Source: Chloroflexota bacterium
Lineage (GTDB): Bacteria > Chloroflexota > UBA11872 > VXOZ01
NCBI GenBank assembly: GCA_965221905.1
Contig: OZ244922.1
Coordinates: 3,392,001 to 3,456,000, forward strand
DNA: 64,000 bases
Direction of reading: 5' to 3'
Position numbers and translations under genes: made by a program. Numbering within the stretch: position 1 is the first letter of the stretch; every line of letters starts with the position of its first letter. The notes beneath the pieces were generated by a model. The model ran no database searches, had not been told where the DNA came from, and worked only from the letters and a program-made list of their open reading frames with translations. Below, piece by piece: positions 10,461 to 20,205 of this stretch.

Positions 10461-11480
10461 TTACGCATTTTCCGCGGCGCTAACCCGTACTTCCTGCCCG
10501 TCGGCCACAGCCATAGTAAACCGTATGCGGCCTTCCGCAAGCGCTGTCACTCCGGCCACCGGCGCGCCGTCGCTGGTAACTTGCGAACGCTGCCACGCGC
10601 GCGGCGTATCCAGGGTGAAAGTGATCTCCCGGTGCCGGACTCGCTCCGGGATTCGGGGCGCTTCCATGTGAAACGTGATGGCCTCATCCGTAGTGAGGAG
10701 AGCGCGTGGATGGGCGGCGCGGCGCATCAGAATGTAGTCAATCACTTCGTCCGGCGTCGCGCGCCACACGTCGCCAACTTCCGCTACCTTCTCGAAGCGT
10801 TCGGCAAGCAGCGCGGGCGTAATGTTGCGTTCTGGGTCTGCCGGACTCTCGGAAACAACCCGGGCGCTGTCCACCAGCCAGCCGCCGGTATCCCACGCCT
10901 GATGCAGCCGCCAGTAAGGATCGTACACGCGTAGCGGCAGCACAGTGCTTTCCACGGTGTACATCGCTGCTCGCCCTAGCGCGTTCAAGTCCTCATCGAC
11001 GTGATTGTAGTTCAGGCGGTCTTCAAGCGTAAAGACACTAAGGTATCCGGCTTCCTGTATCTCCTCGGGCGTGAAGCCGTGATGATGGTCTTGCCGCGAG
11101 ACCACGAGAGCCGTAATCGGCGTTCCCACGAGTTCCTCAAGTGTTTGCGAAGTCAGCACCGTAGGGGCACCCCTCGTGGGCGCCCGATCACCATCGCGCG
11201 CTTGTTCGCGTGTCGGGCCCAGACCGGCAACACTCCAGCCGTGGCGTTGCAGCTCTCGGACCTCGTTCAGGTTGAGGTAGCGTCCGTGCTCACCTTCGTT
11301 CGCGTCTTGCCGGTGCTCTTCACCGTCTGCAATGCGTTCTGCATCCAGCGCTACCGTGCCTGGCATGGCGTGTTTTCGGTGTAGCGGCAAGGCATGCTGC
11401 AGCAGCGTGGGCACCCCTTCGTCATACGTGACGGAATATACCCAACGCCAACCGTACTTCCACGTCTCAACTCGCAGCAC
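10461..11480 (-). CDS. Polysaccharide deacetylase-like protein (degenerate metal site)
   Basis: SVTYDEG motif, ELQRHGWSV; GTG after AAGGA. Confidence 0.55.
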   Translation of the reverse strand: MLRVETWKYGWRWVYSVTYDEGVPTLLQHALPLHRKHAMPGTVALDAERIADGEEHRQDANEGEHGRYLNLNEVRELQRHGWSVAGLGPTREQARDGDRAPTRGAPTVLTSQTLEELVGTPITALVVSRQDHHHGFTPEEIQEAGYLSVFTLEDRLNYNHVDEDLNALGRAAMYTVESTVLPLRVYDPYWRLHQAWDTGGWLVDSARVVSESPADPERNITPALLAERFEKVAEVGDVWRATPDEVIDYILMRRAAHPRALLTTDEAITFHMEAPRIPERVRHREITFTLDTPRAWQRSQVTSDGAPVAGVTALAEGRIRFTMAVADGQEVRVSAAENA

Positions 11481-11934
11481 GAGGTTTTTCCTTTGTCTAA
11501 TTGCAGCGGACTTTGAGGTGATTATAGAGCCACCTCCCTTGACTATCAATTTAAGTGCTACTTTAGAGTAGCGTCCGACGCTGGGAGACGTGAAGGGGGT
11601 TCAATGGGCGGGCTAACAGGAAGAGCTGTAGTATAACCGGTAAGATAGAGCGTGAGTGCGCAGCAGATTGTGTAGGTTTCAGAAGAGAGCAGGCGGCACT
11701 CTGTGAGTGAGGCCAAGACGGTGGGAAGAGAGACACTGCCGGCCCGTCATTCCCGCGCAAACGGGAATCCATCTTCCCGGAGACACGTGGACACTCCCGC
11801 GAAAGTGGCAGTGACGACAGGGAGGCTGCGGGTTTCGCTTTGTTGACACCTGAACTCAACAGGATTCCCCTGCTCATTCTTCACCTGAAAGACTAGAGGA
11901 CTGCTGCCATCCTCAAAACTGAGGGAGGTCCCAA

Positions 11935-12741
11935 ATGACGAACCTAGAACTCACCGTGCGTTTTCTGATTCACGAGCCGCGTGCGCCGGGCCTGCCGTAC
12001 CGGGAAGAGCACTTTGGCTTCAAGCACAATCCCGTGAGCATTCCGCCAACCCAAGCCGCCATTGTGCTCGTGGACTGCTGGGACGAGCCGACCATCGAGA
12101 GTCACGGCGAGCGCTCCTCCCAGATCTGCCGTGACCTCATTCGGCCTCTGCTGGACGTGTGCCGCGCGCTGGGAATTGCGGTGATCCATGCGCCGTCGCC
12201 GCCGGTGGCGCAGAAGTTTCCCCAGTGGTTGCGTTACGCGGGTGATAGCGAGCTCTTTCCGCAGCAGAAGCCTGCGGCGGACTGGCCGCCGCCGGACTTT
12301 GCGCAGCGCCAGGGAGAATGGGCGAACCTGGAGGCGCACTACAGTGACGAGTGGCTGCCTCTCCGGCAACAGCACAATGCGGTGCGCTCGATTGACTGCT
12401 CGGTATGGCCGGCGGACGAGGACTACGTGATCGCGACCGGCGAGCAACTGCACCGTCTATGTCGAGACAGGAACCTACGCTACCTCTTCTACGCCGGCTT
12501 TGCTACCAACTACTGCGTGCCGCACCGCGACTACGGCGTCTTCGCCATGCGCGAGCGCGGCTACTGCATCATGGTGCTGCGGGACTGCACGACCAGCATC
12601 GGCGCGCCCGGCCTGCCTCACAATCTCTGCACAGAGGAAGTATTTCATCACCTTGAGTCGCGCAGTCTTGCGGGTTCGATCACCTCGGAGGAATTTACCG
12701 AGGCTTCCACCCTTGTGACGGGATCAGCCAAGGAGACTTAA
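11935..12741 (+). CDS. Isochorismatase/cysteine hydrolase family
   Basis: VLVDCW, AGFATNYC, LRDCT motifs; RBS GGAGG. Confidence 0.8.
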   Translation: MTNLELTVRFLIHEPRAPGLPYREEHFGFKHNPVSIPPTQAAIVLVDCWDEPTIESHGERSSQICRDLIRPLLDVCRALGIAVIHAPSPPVAQKFPQWLRYAGDSELFPQQKPAADWPPPDFAQRQGEWANLEAHYSDEWLPLRQQHNAVRSIDCSVWPADEDYVIATGEQLHRLCRDRNLRYLFYAGFATNYCVPHRDYGVFAMRERGYCIMVLRDCTTSIGAPGLPHNLCTEEVFHHLESRSLAGSITSEEFTEASTLVTGSAKET

Positions 12742-12862
12742 CGCGCTGGAGGGAGGCAACGCCCCCGTGCCTCCCTCCTCGATGAGTTTCTGTGCTTTTC
12801 TACGCTCACAGGCTTCGGCTGATGCTACCACAGCCCAGGTGTGTGCACAGCCAATCTGTAGC

Positions 12863-14236
12863 TTACTGGTTCTCCGCCTTCCAGTCCGCAATAGCCTGCT
12901 CGAGCGCCGCGAACGAGTTATCCACCGCCTCTTCCGACGTCAGATTGTCCTCCTCCCGGAAGTGCGGCCGCAGGTGCGTATTGAGGGCGCCAGTGAAATT
13001 TCTGTACGCCGGGTGCGGCCAGAACGGCGTAGCATAGCCCGCGCTGCGAGCGAATGACAACTGGTTGGCTGGGCGCGGATCGTCTTCCGGGGGGCCGAAG
13101 GCATGCTGCGAGGGAATATGAACCGGAATGGCGTCGCCGCGATTGCCCATCCACTGCTGAAAGTTCGGCTTCGCAAACCATACGACGAGTGTCTCGGCAT
13201 CCGGATTGGTGCTGCTCTCCAGGACGAAATGTTCCTCCTGGCCCATGAAGGCGCCCCTCGTGCGTCCGCCGCCGATTTGAAGATAGGGCGGCTCGAAGGA
13301 ATCGAACTTGAGCTCGGCCTGATCGCGTGATGGCACGATGCCCCAGGTGCCGAAGATTACCTGGCTGAGTTGCTGGTTGCCGAACGCATTGATGGCAAAG
13401 CCGCTCAGATCGATGTCGTCGTTGTTTGGCCCCGGCGCCGCCTGCCGCCTGACCCACGCATCCTTGATCATGAGCACCATTTGCAAGGCGATTTCGCGGT
13501 CGGCAGCCAGTTCACCGTCTTCGTCGAGCATGCCCGCATAGACGAACGGCAAGTATTGCGGAATATAGGAACTGGTGCTGATACCCCAAGCAGTATTCTT
13601 CTCCTGCCCCTGGTTGAGGGAAGCCGTCAGCTTCTCCGCATCGTCGAGGACCTGCTCCCAAGTTGTGTCGTCCGTGGGATAATTCAGCCCGGCCGTATCG
13701 AAGTGCTGCTTGTTGTAGAAGAGGCTCGTCGTGTTCAGACCGTACGGCACGCCGAGCAGCTTGCCCTGCCAGGTATTGCCCTTAACCACCGGCTCGACAA
13801 ACTCGCTGATATCGATGCCGTGCGCCTTCAGAATCGGGCGGTGGTCCCTGACTAAGTCGGCCACTTGATGCGGGGCTACGCCCCACCAGCAGACGTCCGG
13901 CGGGGAGCCGGCTGCCAAGAGCGGCGGCAACTCTCGCGGCGGGTAGCCCAACTTCCAGGCAACATCGACCTCCGGATGGTCCAGATCGAATTGCTCCAGC
14001 GTGGCCGCAGTCTTCGCAATCGTGCTCTCGCGCTGACTGATCAGCAGAGCCACCACCGGCGCGTGTTCCACGACCGTCGGCTGACTTGCTTCTTCCTTCG
14101 GGGCGTCTGCTGCCTGCTCCATCGGCGCTCCCGTGGTCTGTACTTGCCCGCACGCCGCCAAGACCAGCCCGGCGGAGCCGACGGCTGCCGACGAACCAAG
14201 CAGACTGCGCCGTGATAGGCGATGGACGTTTTTCAT
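12863..14236 (-). CDS. Tat-exported lipoprotein, ABC sugar-type solute-binding protein (orphan)
   Basis: SRRSLL twin-arginine, LAAC lipobox, GVPY...LFYNK motif. Confidence 0.85.
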   Translation of the reverse strand: MKNVHRLSRRSLLGSSAAVGSAGLVLAACGQVQTTGAPMEQAADAPKEEASQPTVVEHAPVVALLISQRESTIAKTAATLEQFDLDHPEVDVAWKLGYPPRELPPLLAAGSPPDVCWWGVAPHQVADLVRDHRPILKAHGIDISEFVEPVVKGNTWQGKLLGVPYGLNTTSLFYNKQHFDTAGLNYPTDDTTWEQVLDDAEKLTASLNQGQEKNTAWGISTSSYIPQYLPFVYAGMLDEDGELAADREIALQMVLMIKDAWVRRQAAPGPNNDDIDLSGFAINAFGNQQLSQVIFGTWGIVPSRDQAELKFDSFEPPYLQIGGGRTRGAFMGQEEHFVLESSTNPDAETLVVWFAKPNFQQWMGNRGDAIPVHIPSQHAFGPPEDDPRPANQLSFARSAGYATPFWPHPAYRNFTGALNTHLRPHFREEDNLTSEEAVDNSFAALEQAIADWKAENQ

Positions 14237-14501
14237 CGTTGCTCTCCTTTGTGCTATTGCTCTCTCATCGGGAACGGCTTTGGATCCTTCCCAGCCAATT
14301 TCCACTGTGGCTAAGAGTGTACTTCTCAATATTGCACACTGTCAAGGCAACGCTAGGATTCTGGGACAGCCCCATCACATTACTTTCAGGGAGTTTCCTG
14401 CAATACCTGCGGCAAGTAAATGAGAGAAGAGACATGCAAGTGAAGAGAAAAATAGACCGAGCAAACTTGGCCCTGACCCCTATTGAGAGGCTAATCCGCA
14501 T

Positions 14502-14598
14502 GTCATTTCGAGCGAAGCGAGAAATCTAGAGCCCAAGCAAAGTAGATTCTTCGTCGCGGAGTCTATCCTGAGCTTGTCGAAGTGCTCCTCAGAATGAC
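14502..14598. repeat. Palindromic repeat family E (GTCATTTCGAGCGAAGCGAGAAATCT...AGAATGAC); second copy 62543-62645
   Basis: Paired inverted elements seen twice. Confidence 0.65.
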
Positions 14599-14751
14599 GG
14601 GCCAAAGGGCGAGGCTGCGCGGCGGTTGGCAAATTGCCCAGTATCTTGAGACCGACTACGTCCAAAGCCACTAGTTGCGGTGAGAATAGCTTAGTCGGCG
14701 GGCTTCGCACAGCAGCGGAGCCGGGCGACAAGGATCGCAGAAGTTCCCTGG

Positions 14752-15525
14752 CTACGCTTTTCGCACAGCCAGGATACGTTCCATGTTGCCGCCCATGATG
14801 AGCGCGCGCTGCTCTTCTGTCAGTCCCGCTGCCCTAATCTTGCCAACACCGGCGGTAAAAGACGTATCGCAGCCGAAGAGCACGCGCTCCGCGCCGACGA
14901 CGCGCACAGCCGTCTCCACCATGCCGCTATCGAAAACGCTGCCGCTAGTATCCAGGTAGAGGTTTGGCGTAGCGCGCGCCGCTTTGACGGTCCACTCCCA
15001 GTCACCGCCGCCGCCGATGTGGGCGACTATCAGCACTGCTTCGGGGTAGCGCGCTGCCAGTGTTGCCAGGTCGCCGCTGTCTGAGATGTTGGGCTGCTTG
15101 GGTATCGGCCGGTGCGGATGTCCGGCGTGATGCAGAATAGGCACGCCGAGTTCGATAGCCAGTTCAATGATGGGAAAGAGGATGGGATCGGTGCACTTGT
15201 ATTCGTTGTAGAGCTTCACGCCGATGAATCCTTGCTCTTCCACGTAGTAACGAATCTCGCTCAGCGCTTCCCGCGTGTAGCCGGGATTCACATAGCAATA
15301 CCCTCGCACCGCGGTGGGGTAGCGCCGGGTCGCGGCGGCCAGTTGCCGGTTGCATTCTTGGAAGTCCTCGAGTGGGGCGGGCATTGCGGTGGTCAGAATT
15401 GAAGCACAGCTCATGCCGATGCCCACCCGCTCTGCCGCCTCAATCAGGGCGGCGTCGCTGGACCCCCAGATCCGCGTGATACCGGTGTGCTCACCGGTCA
15501 GGTGAGCGTGACAGTCAATTATCAT
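14752..15525 (-). CDS. Amidohydrolase_2 family metal-dependent hydrolase
   Basis: IDCHAH, AHIGGG, YLDTSGS, FGCD. Confidence 0.85.
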   Translation of the reverse strand: MIIDCHAHLTGEHTGITRIWGSSDAALIEAAERVGIGMSCASILTTAMPAPLEDFQECNRQLAAATRRYPTAVRGYCYVNPGYTREALSEIRYYVEEQGFIGVKLYNEYKCTDPILFPIIELAIELGVPILHHAGHPHRPIPKQPNISDSGDLATLAARYPEAVLIVAHIGGGGDWEWTVKAARATPNLYLDTSGSVFDSGMVETAVRVVGAERVLFGCDTSFTAGVGKIRAAGLTEEQRALIMGGNMERILAVRKA

Positions 15526-15752
15526 CGGTAGTACCTCGTACCTAGACCTTTCGTCCGCACTTTCCAATTCTCCCGCGCTGTTTGCCACCGCCCCGACAGT
15601 CACTTCCGGCCGCCCTAACCACCACTATTCTCCACGCCGACCGTCACGTTCGACCGCCCTATCCGTCACTCCCGCGAAAGCGGGAGTCCAGGGTTCTTGG
15701 AGAAGATGGATTCCCGCCCCGAATCAAGTACGGGACAAGCTATCGCGGGAAC

Positions 15753-16070
15753 TGTAAATGTTGAGTAGTTCGTTGACAGAGTTTTCAATCCAGTTAATGT
15801 CATGGAAAGTTGAGGACGTTCACCTCCGTCATTCCGGCGAAAGCCGGAATCCATCTTCACTGCACCCGCTACACTCCGGCTCCGAATCAATCTGGAGGCA
15901 GGCTATGCGCCGGAGTTGCGGTTTTTGTGCCGCCTACCATGTTCGTTCTTAATGCCTGCGTTGTCTTTGCTCGTTACAAAAAAACCCATTGGGTAAGGTA
16001 GCTGATTGGTAGCCCAAAATTCCTGCCGTATCATGCTCCCATTCTGTCAACGAGTCTCCTGACACTTACA
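15753..16070. mobile_element. Non-autonomous MITE-like element, 28-bp imperfect TIRs (TGT...ACA), inserted in a family B REP
   Basis: Ends TGTAAATGTTGAGTAGTTCGTTGACAGA / TCTGTCAACGAGTCTCCTGACACTTACA; flanks GGAAC/GGAAT; same ends at 62481-62722. Confidence 0.8.
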
Positions 16071-16194
16071 GGAATGACGGACTATAGAGCGCCTTTCTAC
16101 TCGATCCCGCCATGCCTGCAATCCAAGCGTCCCCGCGCTACGGTTCATGACAAGCGAGAGACAGTTACCCGGTGCCATGATCCGCCAAACACGT

Positions 16195-16974
16195 TTACTC
16201 TTCGCCCAGCAGACGACTCGCATTCTGCCATCGAATCCGATCTTTCACCGTTTCCGGCACGTCGAGGACCTCCAGCTTGTAGAGCGGCACTTCAGCCGAT
16301 GTGAGCGGCATGCCGCTGCCAAAGACCAGCCGCTCCGGTCCCAGGTCCGTGAGGAGCGTGGGCAGCTCTTCCTTTACGAAAACCGAGAGCCGCGAGATAT
16401 CCAGGCCGTAGTTGGCTTGCACGGCGCCACGTACGCCAAGGGGAGTTTCCGTGAAGCCCAAGCCGTAGTGAAAGACGAAGCGCCCGTCTGGATGCGCTTG
16501 CGCCAGTGCTGCCATGTCCGCTATCGGCACAATGCCGGGTTGGGCAATGAGCCACGACCGCTCGCGGTCATCCTCGACCCAATGGGGCACGGAAATCACC
16601 AAGTTTCGGGCAATGGCCGCTTCCACAAGTTCACGGCAGGCGGGATCGCGCAAGGTGTAGCGATGGTAAGGCGGGTAGAGCCGTACGCCCCGACACCCGA
16701 ATTCCTCTTGGCAGACCGTTAGGTCGTGCTCCCAATCGGCATATGTCGGGTTGATGACGGCAAAAGGTACCAGGCGATCATGGTGCTGACGCACCTCGGC
16801 GTGGAGCTCCTCGTTCCCCGCATGAGCATTGCGGTAGAGGATTGAGCTCGCAGACGATACCCACGCCTGGTCGATGCCGTGACTGTCCATGGCGCGCAAT
16901 AGGCCGCTGGCTGAGCGCCACTGCAAGGGACGAAACCCCCAGTGACCAACGTGAACATGTGTATCTATCAGCAT
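16195..16974 (-). CDS. Amidohydrolase_2 family protein
   Basis: IDTHVH, GVRLYP, LVFGSGMP. Confidence 0.8.
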   Translation of the reverse strand: MLIDTHVHVGHWGFRPLQWRSASGLLRAMDSHGIDQAWVSSASSILYRNAHAGNEELHAEVRQHHDRLVPFAVINPTYADWEHDLTVCQEEFGCRGVRLYPPYHRYTLRDPACRELVEAAIARNLVISVPHWVEDDRERSWLIAQPGIVPIADMAALAQAHPDGRFVFHYGLGFTETPLGVRGAVQANYGLDISRLSVFVKEELPTLLTDLGPERLVFGSGMPLTSAEVPLYKLEVLDVPETVKDRIRWQNASRLLGEE

Positions 16975-17147
16975 CAGCCTACCCGATCACGTTTGATGTC
17001 TACCTGCCTGTTAGCCGCACGAAAGAGGCGATCAGCAACTTGAAGAAAACTAGAGATTCCGCCATGTGCCCAACCCTCGTCACGATTCCGGCTGGATAGT
17101 GAGTGTGTACAGCGCATTATTAGTGACACTACATGTGAAATTTTAGG

Positions 17148-17219
17148 TGACCCGCCAGGGACTCGAACCCCGAACCCACTGATTAAGAGTCAGTTGCTCT
17201 GCCATTGAGCTAGCGGGCC
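17148..17219 (-). tRNA. tRNA-Lys (anticodon CTT)
   Basis: Cloverleaf GGCCCGCTAGCTCAATGGCAGAGCAACTGACTCTTAATCAGTGGGTTCGGGGTTCGAGTCCCTGGCGGGTCA; followed by CCT, so CCA is not fully encoded. Confidence 0.95.
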
Positions 17220-17533
17220 GTTACCGTGCTGTGGACTTGCATGCATTGTAGCATTCGATTATGGACACGGACAAGATAGCATACTGTTTTGCGGCCGTTC
17301 GTGCTGGGCATTTCGCCAGGCTTAGCATAGGCTTGTCGATGCATGAACGGCGTTAGCTGCACTGTGTTCGTGGTGCAATCGTTCGCCCTGAGCCTGTCGA
17401 AGGGTGAACGATTGCCAATCGCGCGAAAGAATCTTCACAGAAGGACTGCCGAGACGCCCCAGTGCCGGACCGTCCTTGCATTGCTTCTCACCATACTCCT
17501 GGAGTTTGTTCCACTGAGCCTCGTGGTTTCGGA

Positions 17534-18214
17534 TCACTGCTCTGAAGCGTCTCCCGATATTGCTATCTCACGCTCGAAGTGCGGCTCGGTGCGTTCGCCG
17601 CGATGCCAGGCGAACGCCTGGGGCACGCGGTCGCGGGCGCCGGGCGTGAGTTGCGGCAGCGCGTCTTCGGAGTAGTACCCCACGTCCAGGGCTTCACTCG
17701 TCGGGTGCGGTGTGCCTGAAACGTATGAGCACATGAAGCCGACCATATAGACCTGAAACGGCGCTCGGCCTCCGTATGCCCGGTTGTCATAGATGCCAAG
17801 CAGGCGCTCGGCGCGCACGTGCACGCCGGTCTCTTCCCAAAATTCCCGTTCCGCCGCCTGGGCCGCCGTTTCGCCAACTTCCACCATGCCGCCCGGCATT
17901 GCCCATAGACGGTTGTCCGACCGCTGCATGAGCAACACGCGACCCTGTGCGTCGAACAGCGCGCCAAAGGCCGCTACTTTCGGCGTCTGCACGCCGATGT
18001 CTCCGTTGTAAAGCGCCAGAATCTCCTCTGCTGAGCGTGTATCGGTGTGCGCAAAGAGCCGCGCCGCCAACGCCAATACCCGCTCGTAACGGGCAATTTC
18101 GTACTCATCATCCTCCCGCCGCGCGTAAAAGAGCCCGGTCTGCCCAATAGCCCGCAACTGGTCGGCAATATCCTGCAAATCTTCGCGTATCACGTTGTTT
18201 TCTTCATTAGCCAT
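17534..18214 (-). CDS. NUDIX hydrolase with Nudix_N domain
   Basis: Nudix box GGMVEVGETAAQAAEREFWEETG; N-terminal QTGLFYA...YE.ARYE. Confidence 0.9.
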   Translation of the reverse strand: MANEENNVIREDLQDIADQLRAIGQTGLFYARREDDEYEIARYERVLALAARLFAHTDTRSAEEILALYNGDIGVQTPKVAAFGALFDAQGRVLLMQRSDNRLWAMPGGMVEVGETAAQAAEREFWEETGVHVRAERLLGIYDNRAYGGRAPFQVYMVGFMCSYVSGTPHPTSEALDVGYYSEDALPQLTPGARDRVPQAFAWHRGERTEPHFEREIAISGDASEQ

Positions 18215-18221
18215 GTGGTAC

Positions 18222-18908
18222 TTACCCCAGCATTGCTTTCTTGAACTTCTCCAACGAAAACGCCGGATCGGCGAGGGCCTCGAGGAGTCCGGATTCGTCC
18301 TGGCGGACTTCATCGGCTTTAGCGGCGACTTCGCCTGCGATGGCGGCGGGAATTTGGACGACGCCATTCAGGTCGGCGTGGAGCAAGTCACCTTGGTTGA
18401 CGGTGAGGCCCGCGACGGTCACGGGCGTGGCAAAAGATTCTACCGTTACCTGGCCGTGCGAAACGATCACGCCGGAGGCAAAGTACTGCAAGCCGAGGGC
18501 GCGCACTTCGTTGACGTCGCGCACGGCGCCATCGGTGATTACGCCCACAAATTCGAGGCGCTTGAGCAACGTGCACATGATCTCGCCAAAGAGCGCCGCC
18601 GGCACATCCGGCGAGGCGTCATGGGCCACCATGATGCGCGGCGTGGGCACTTCAGCGGCGTGTTCCAAGGCGTTGACCCACTGCTGGCGCATGGGCGGAT
18701 CCTGCGGCTCACGATTCTTGAATGTAATGGTAAAGGCGTAGCCCACGATTTCACCAAGTTCAGGATAGAGGCAGCGGATAGAGCTATCCATGTATCCCGC
18801 GCGACGGTCGCGTGCGTCGAACTCTTCGATGGCATTTGCAATGGTTGGGCTGTCGATGGCGCGCAGTGCAGCCAGTTGCGCCGTAGTTAAGTGTGCCAAA
18901 TCGGACAA
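18222..18908 (-). CDS. RraA/HMG-aldolase family protein
   Basis: IDSPTIANAIE, GEIM, TDGAVRD, GDLLHAD.NG. Confidence 0.85.
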   Translation of the reverse strand: MSDLAHLTTAQLAALRAIDSPTIANAIEEFDARDRRAGYMDSSIRCLYPELGEIVGYAFTITFKNREPQDPPMRQQWVNALEHAAEVPTPRIMVAHDASPDVPAALFGEIMCTLLKRLEFVGVITDGAVRDVNEVRALGLQYFASGVIVSHGQVTVESFATPVTVAGLTVNQGDLLHADLNGVVQIPAAIAGEVAAKADEVRQDESGLLEALADPAFSLEKFKKAMLG

Positions 18909-19168
18909 GGCAAAACTCCTTAGTCGATTGATTGAAATACTTTAGTACACGTAGCGGGCGCTGGCGTGGTCCAATTCTACTTCTAAAATCCCATCGTAAT
19001 TCCACCAAGTGAGTTGGATTGGGCTGAATTGCCAATGATTCACCCTCACCCTTACCCTCTCCCTCAATGGAGAGGGGATTCTGCGCCTCCGAGCCAAGTC
19101 AAAGTAGGGTCATTCCTGGAAAGGCAAGCTTGTCCGATGGAAATGCGTCGAGCTCGCTCCTATGGTAC

Positions 19169-19951
19169 CTAAGCCAGACAACCATCGAGGAGACGCTGCA
19201 AGCTTGCTCCCGCGATCCCTGCGCGCGCTTTGGCATCTAAACCGCTGTAAGAAAGCGTTGTAATGGGAAGTGAAGGCTCAAAGGTCGGCAGGCCGGTGCC
19301 GAATATGAATCGCTCGGCGCCCCACCGCTCTACGAGTTCCAACAAGGAGCTGTGCCCGCCGAGATATGAGGTCTCGACGTAGAGGTTTGGCGAACGGTCG
19401 AGCAGCGGGAAGAGCACGCGAAAGTCAGCGTGGGACTGGCGCAAGAGGATAACCGGCAGGTCTGGAAATGCGGCCAAGAGCCAGGCAATGAAGTCCCAGT
19501 GGCGCGGCTCGCTATAGTGCGCGTTGTCGAAGTCGAGCAGCATAGGTACTCGCTTCTCGGCGAGCGCCTCCGCGAGTGGTTCGATCACCCACGGTTCCAG
19601 CACGAGAAAATGAGCTACCGGACATAGCCGCGCGGCGCGCGCGCCTGCTGCCAGCAACTGCTCCACCTGTTCCCGTTCCGGCGGTACTTCGCGCGTGGCA
19701 GCGGGCATCACGACCCAACAAGGGGCAAGGCGCGGCTCGTCGGCAATTGCTTGCAGCAACCGCTCGTTGCCGGTCGTGGGATCGTGCCACTTGGCTGCGG
19801 TATGCGTGACCAGCGCTTGCGCAATGTCGTAAGAATCCAGTAGCTCCAGCAATTCCGCGGCGTCCGCAGGCGCCCCCGGTGGGCGGTGTGGGAACGGGCC
19901 AAGCGAAACGTTCACGTCGAAGAGTTTTGGACGCCCATTTGCTTCCGCCAT
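19169..19951 (-). CDS. Amidohydrolase_2-like protein lacking the HxH motif
   Basis: DVNVSLG replaces DxHxH; YVETS, FIFGTGLP. Confidence 0.7.
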   Translation of the reverse strand: MAEANGRPKLFDVNVSLGPFPHRPPGAPADAAELLELLDSYDIAQALVTHTAAKWHDPTTGNERLLQAIADEPRLAPCWVVMPAATREVPPEREQVEQLLAAGARAARLCPVAHFLVLEPWVIEPLAEALAEKRVPMLLDFDNAHYSEPRHWDFIAWLLAAFPDLPVILLRQSHADFRVLFPLLDRSPNLYVETSYLGGHSSLLELVERWGAERFIFGTGLPTFEPSLPITTLSYSGLDAKARAGIAGASLQRLLDGCLA

Positions 19952-20205
19952 TGCCAGAATCTCCCATTTTGTGATTCAACTTTGTTGCCGGCCTACCCGG
20001 ACGCATCCGGATGAGTGCCCCGCGAACGGCCAAGACACGCTGTATTCTTTTCTCATATGCTAGACTACCCGGCTGCGTTCCGCAGACTTCGCTCGCGTGC
20101 GCAGTCTCCCTCGGTCAAGTGCCTACGCTCTCGCTCTGGTCCCACTTTGCCTTCCTTCGCGTGTAAGGAGAACCTGGTGCAAAGCTTCCGCGCAACCGGT
20201 GGCCG

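Noticed and set aside
17148-17219. tRNA-Lys as an integration site
   Set aside because: No integrase nearby and no duplicated tRNA 3' end seen in the window
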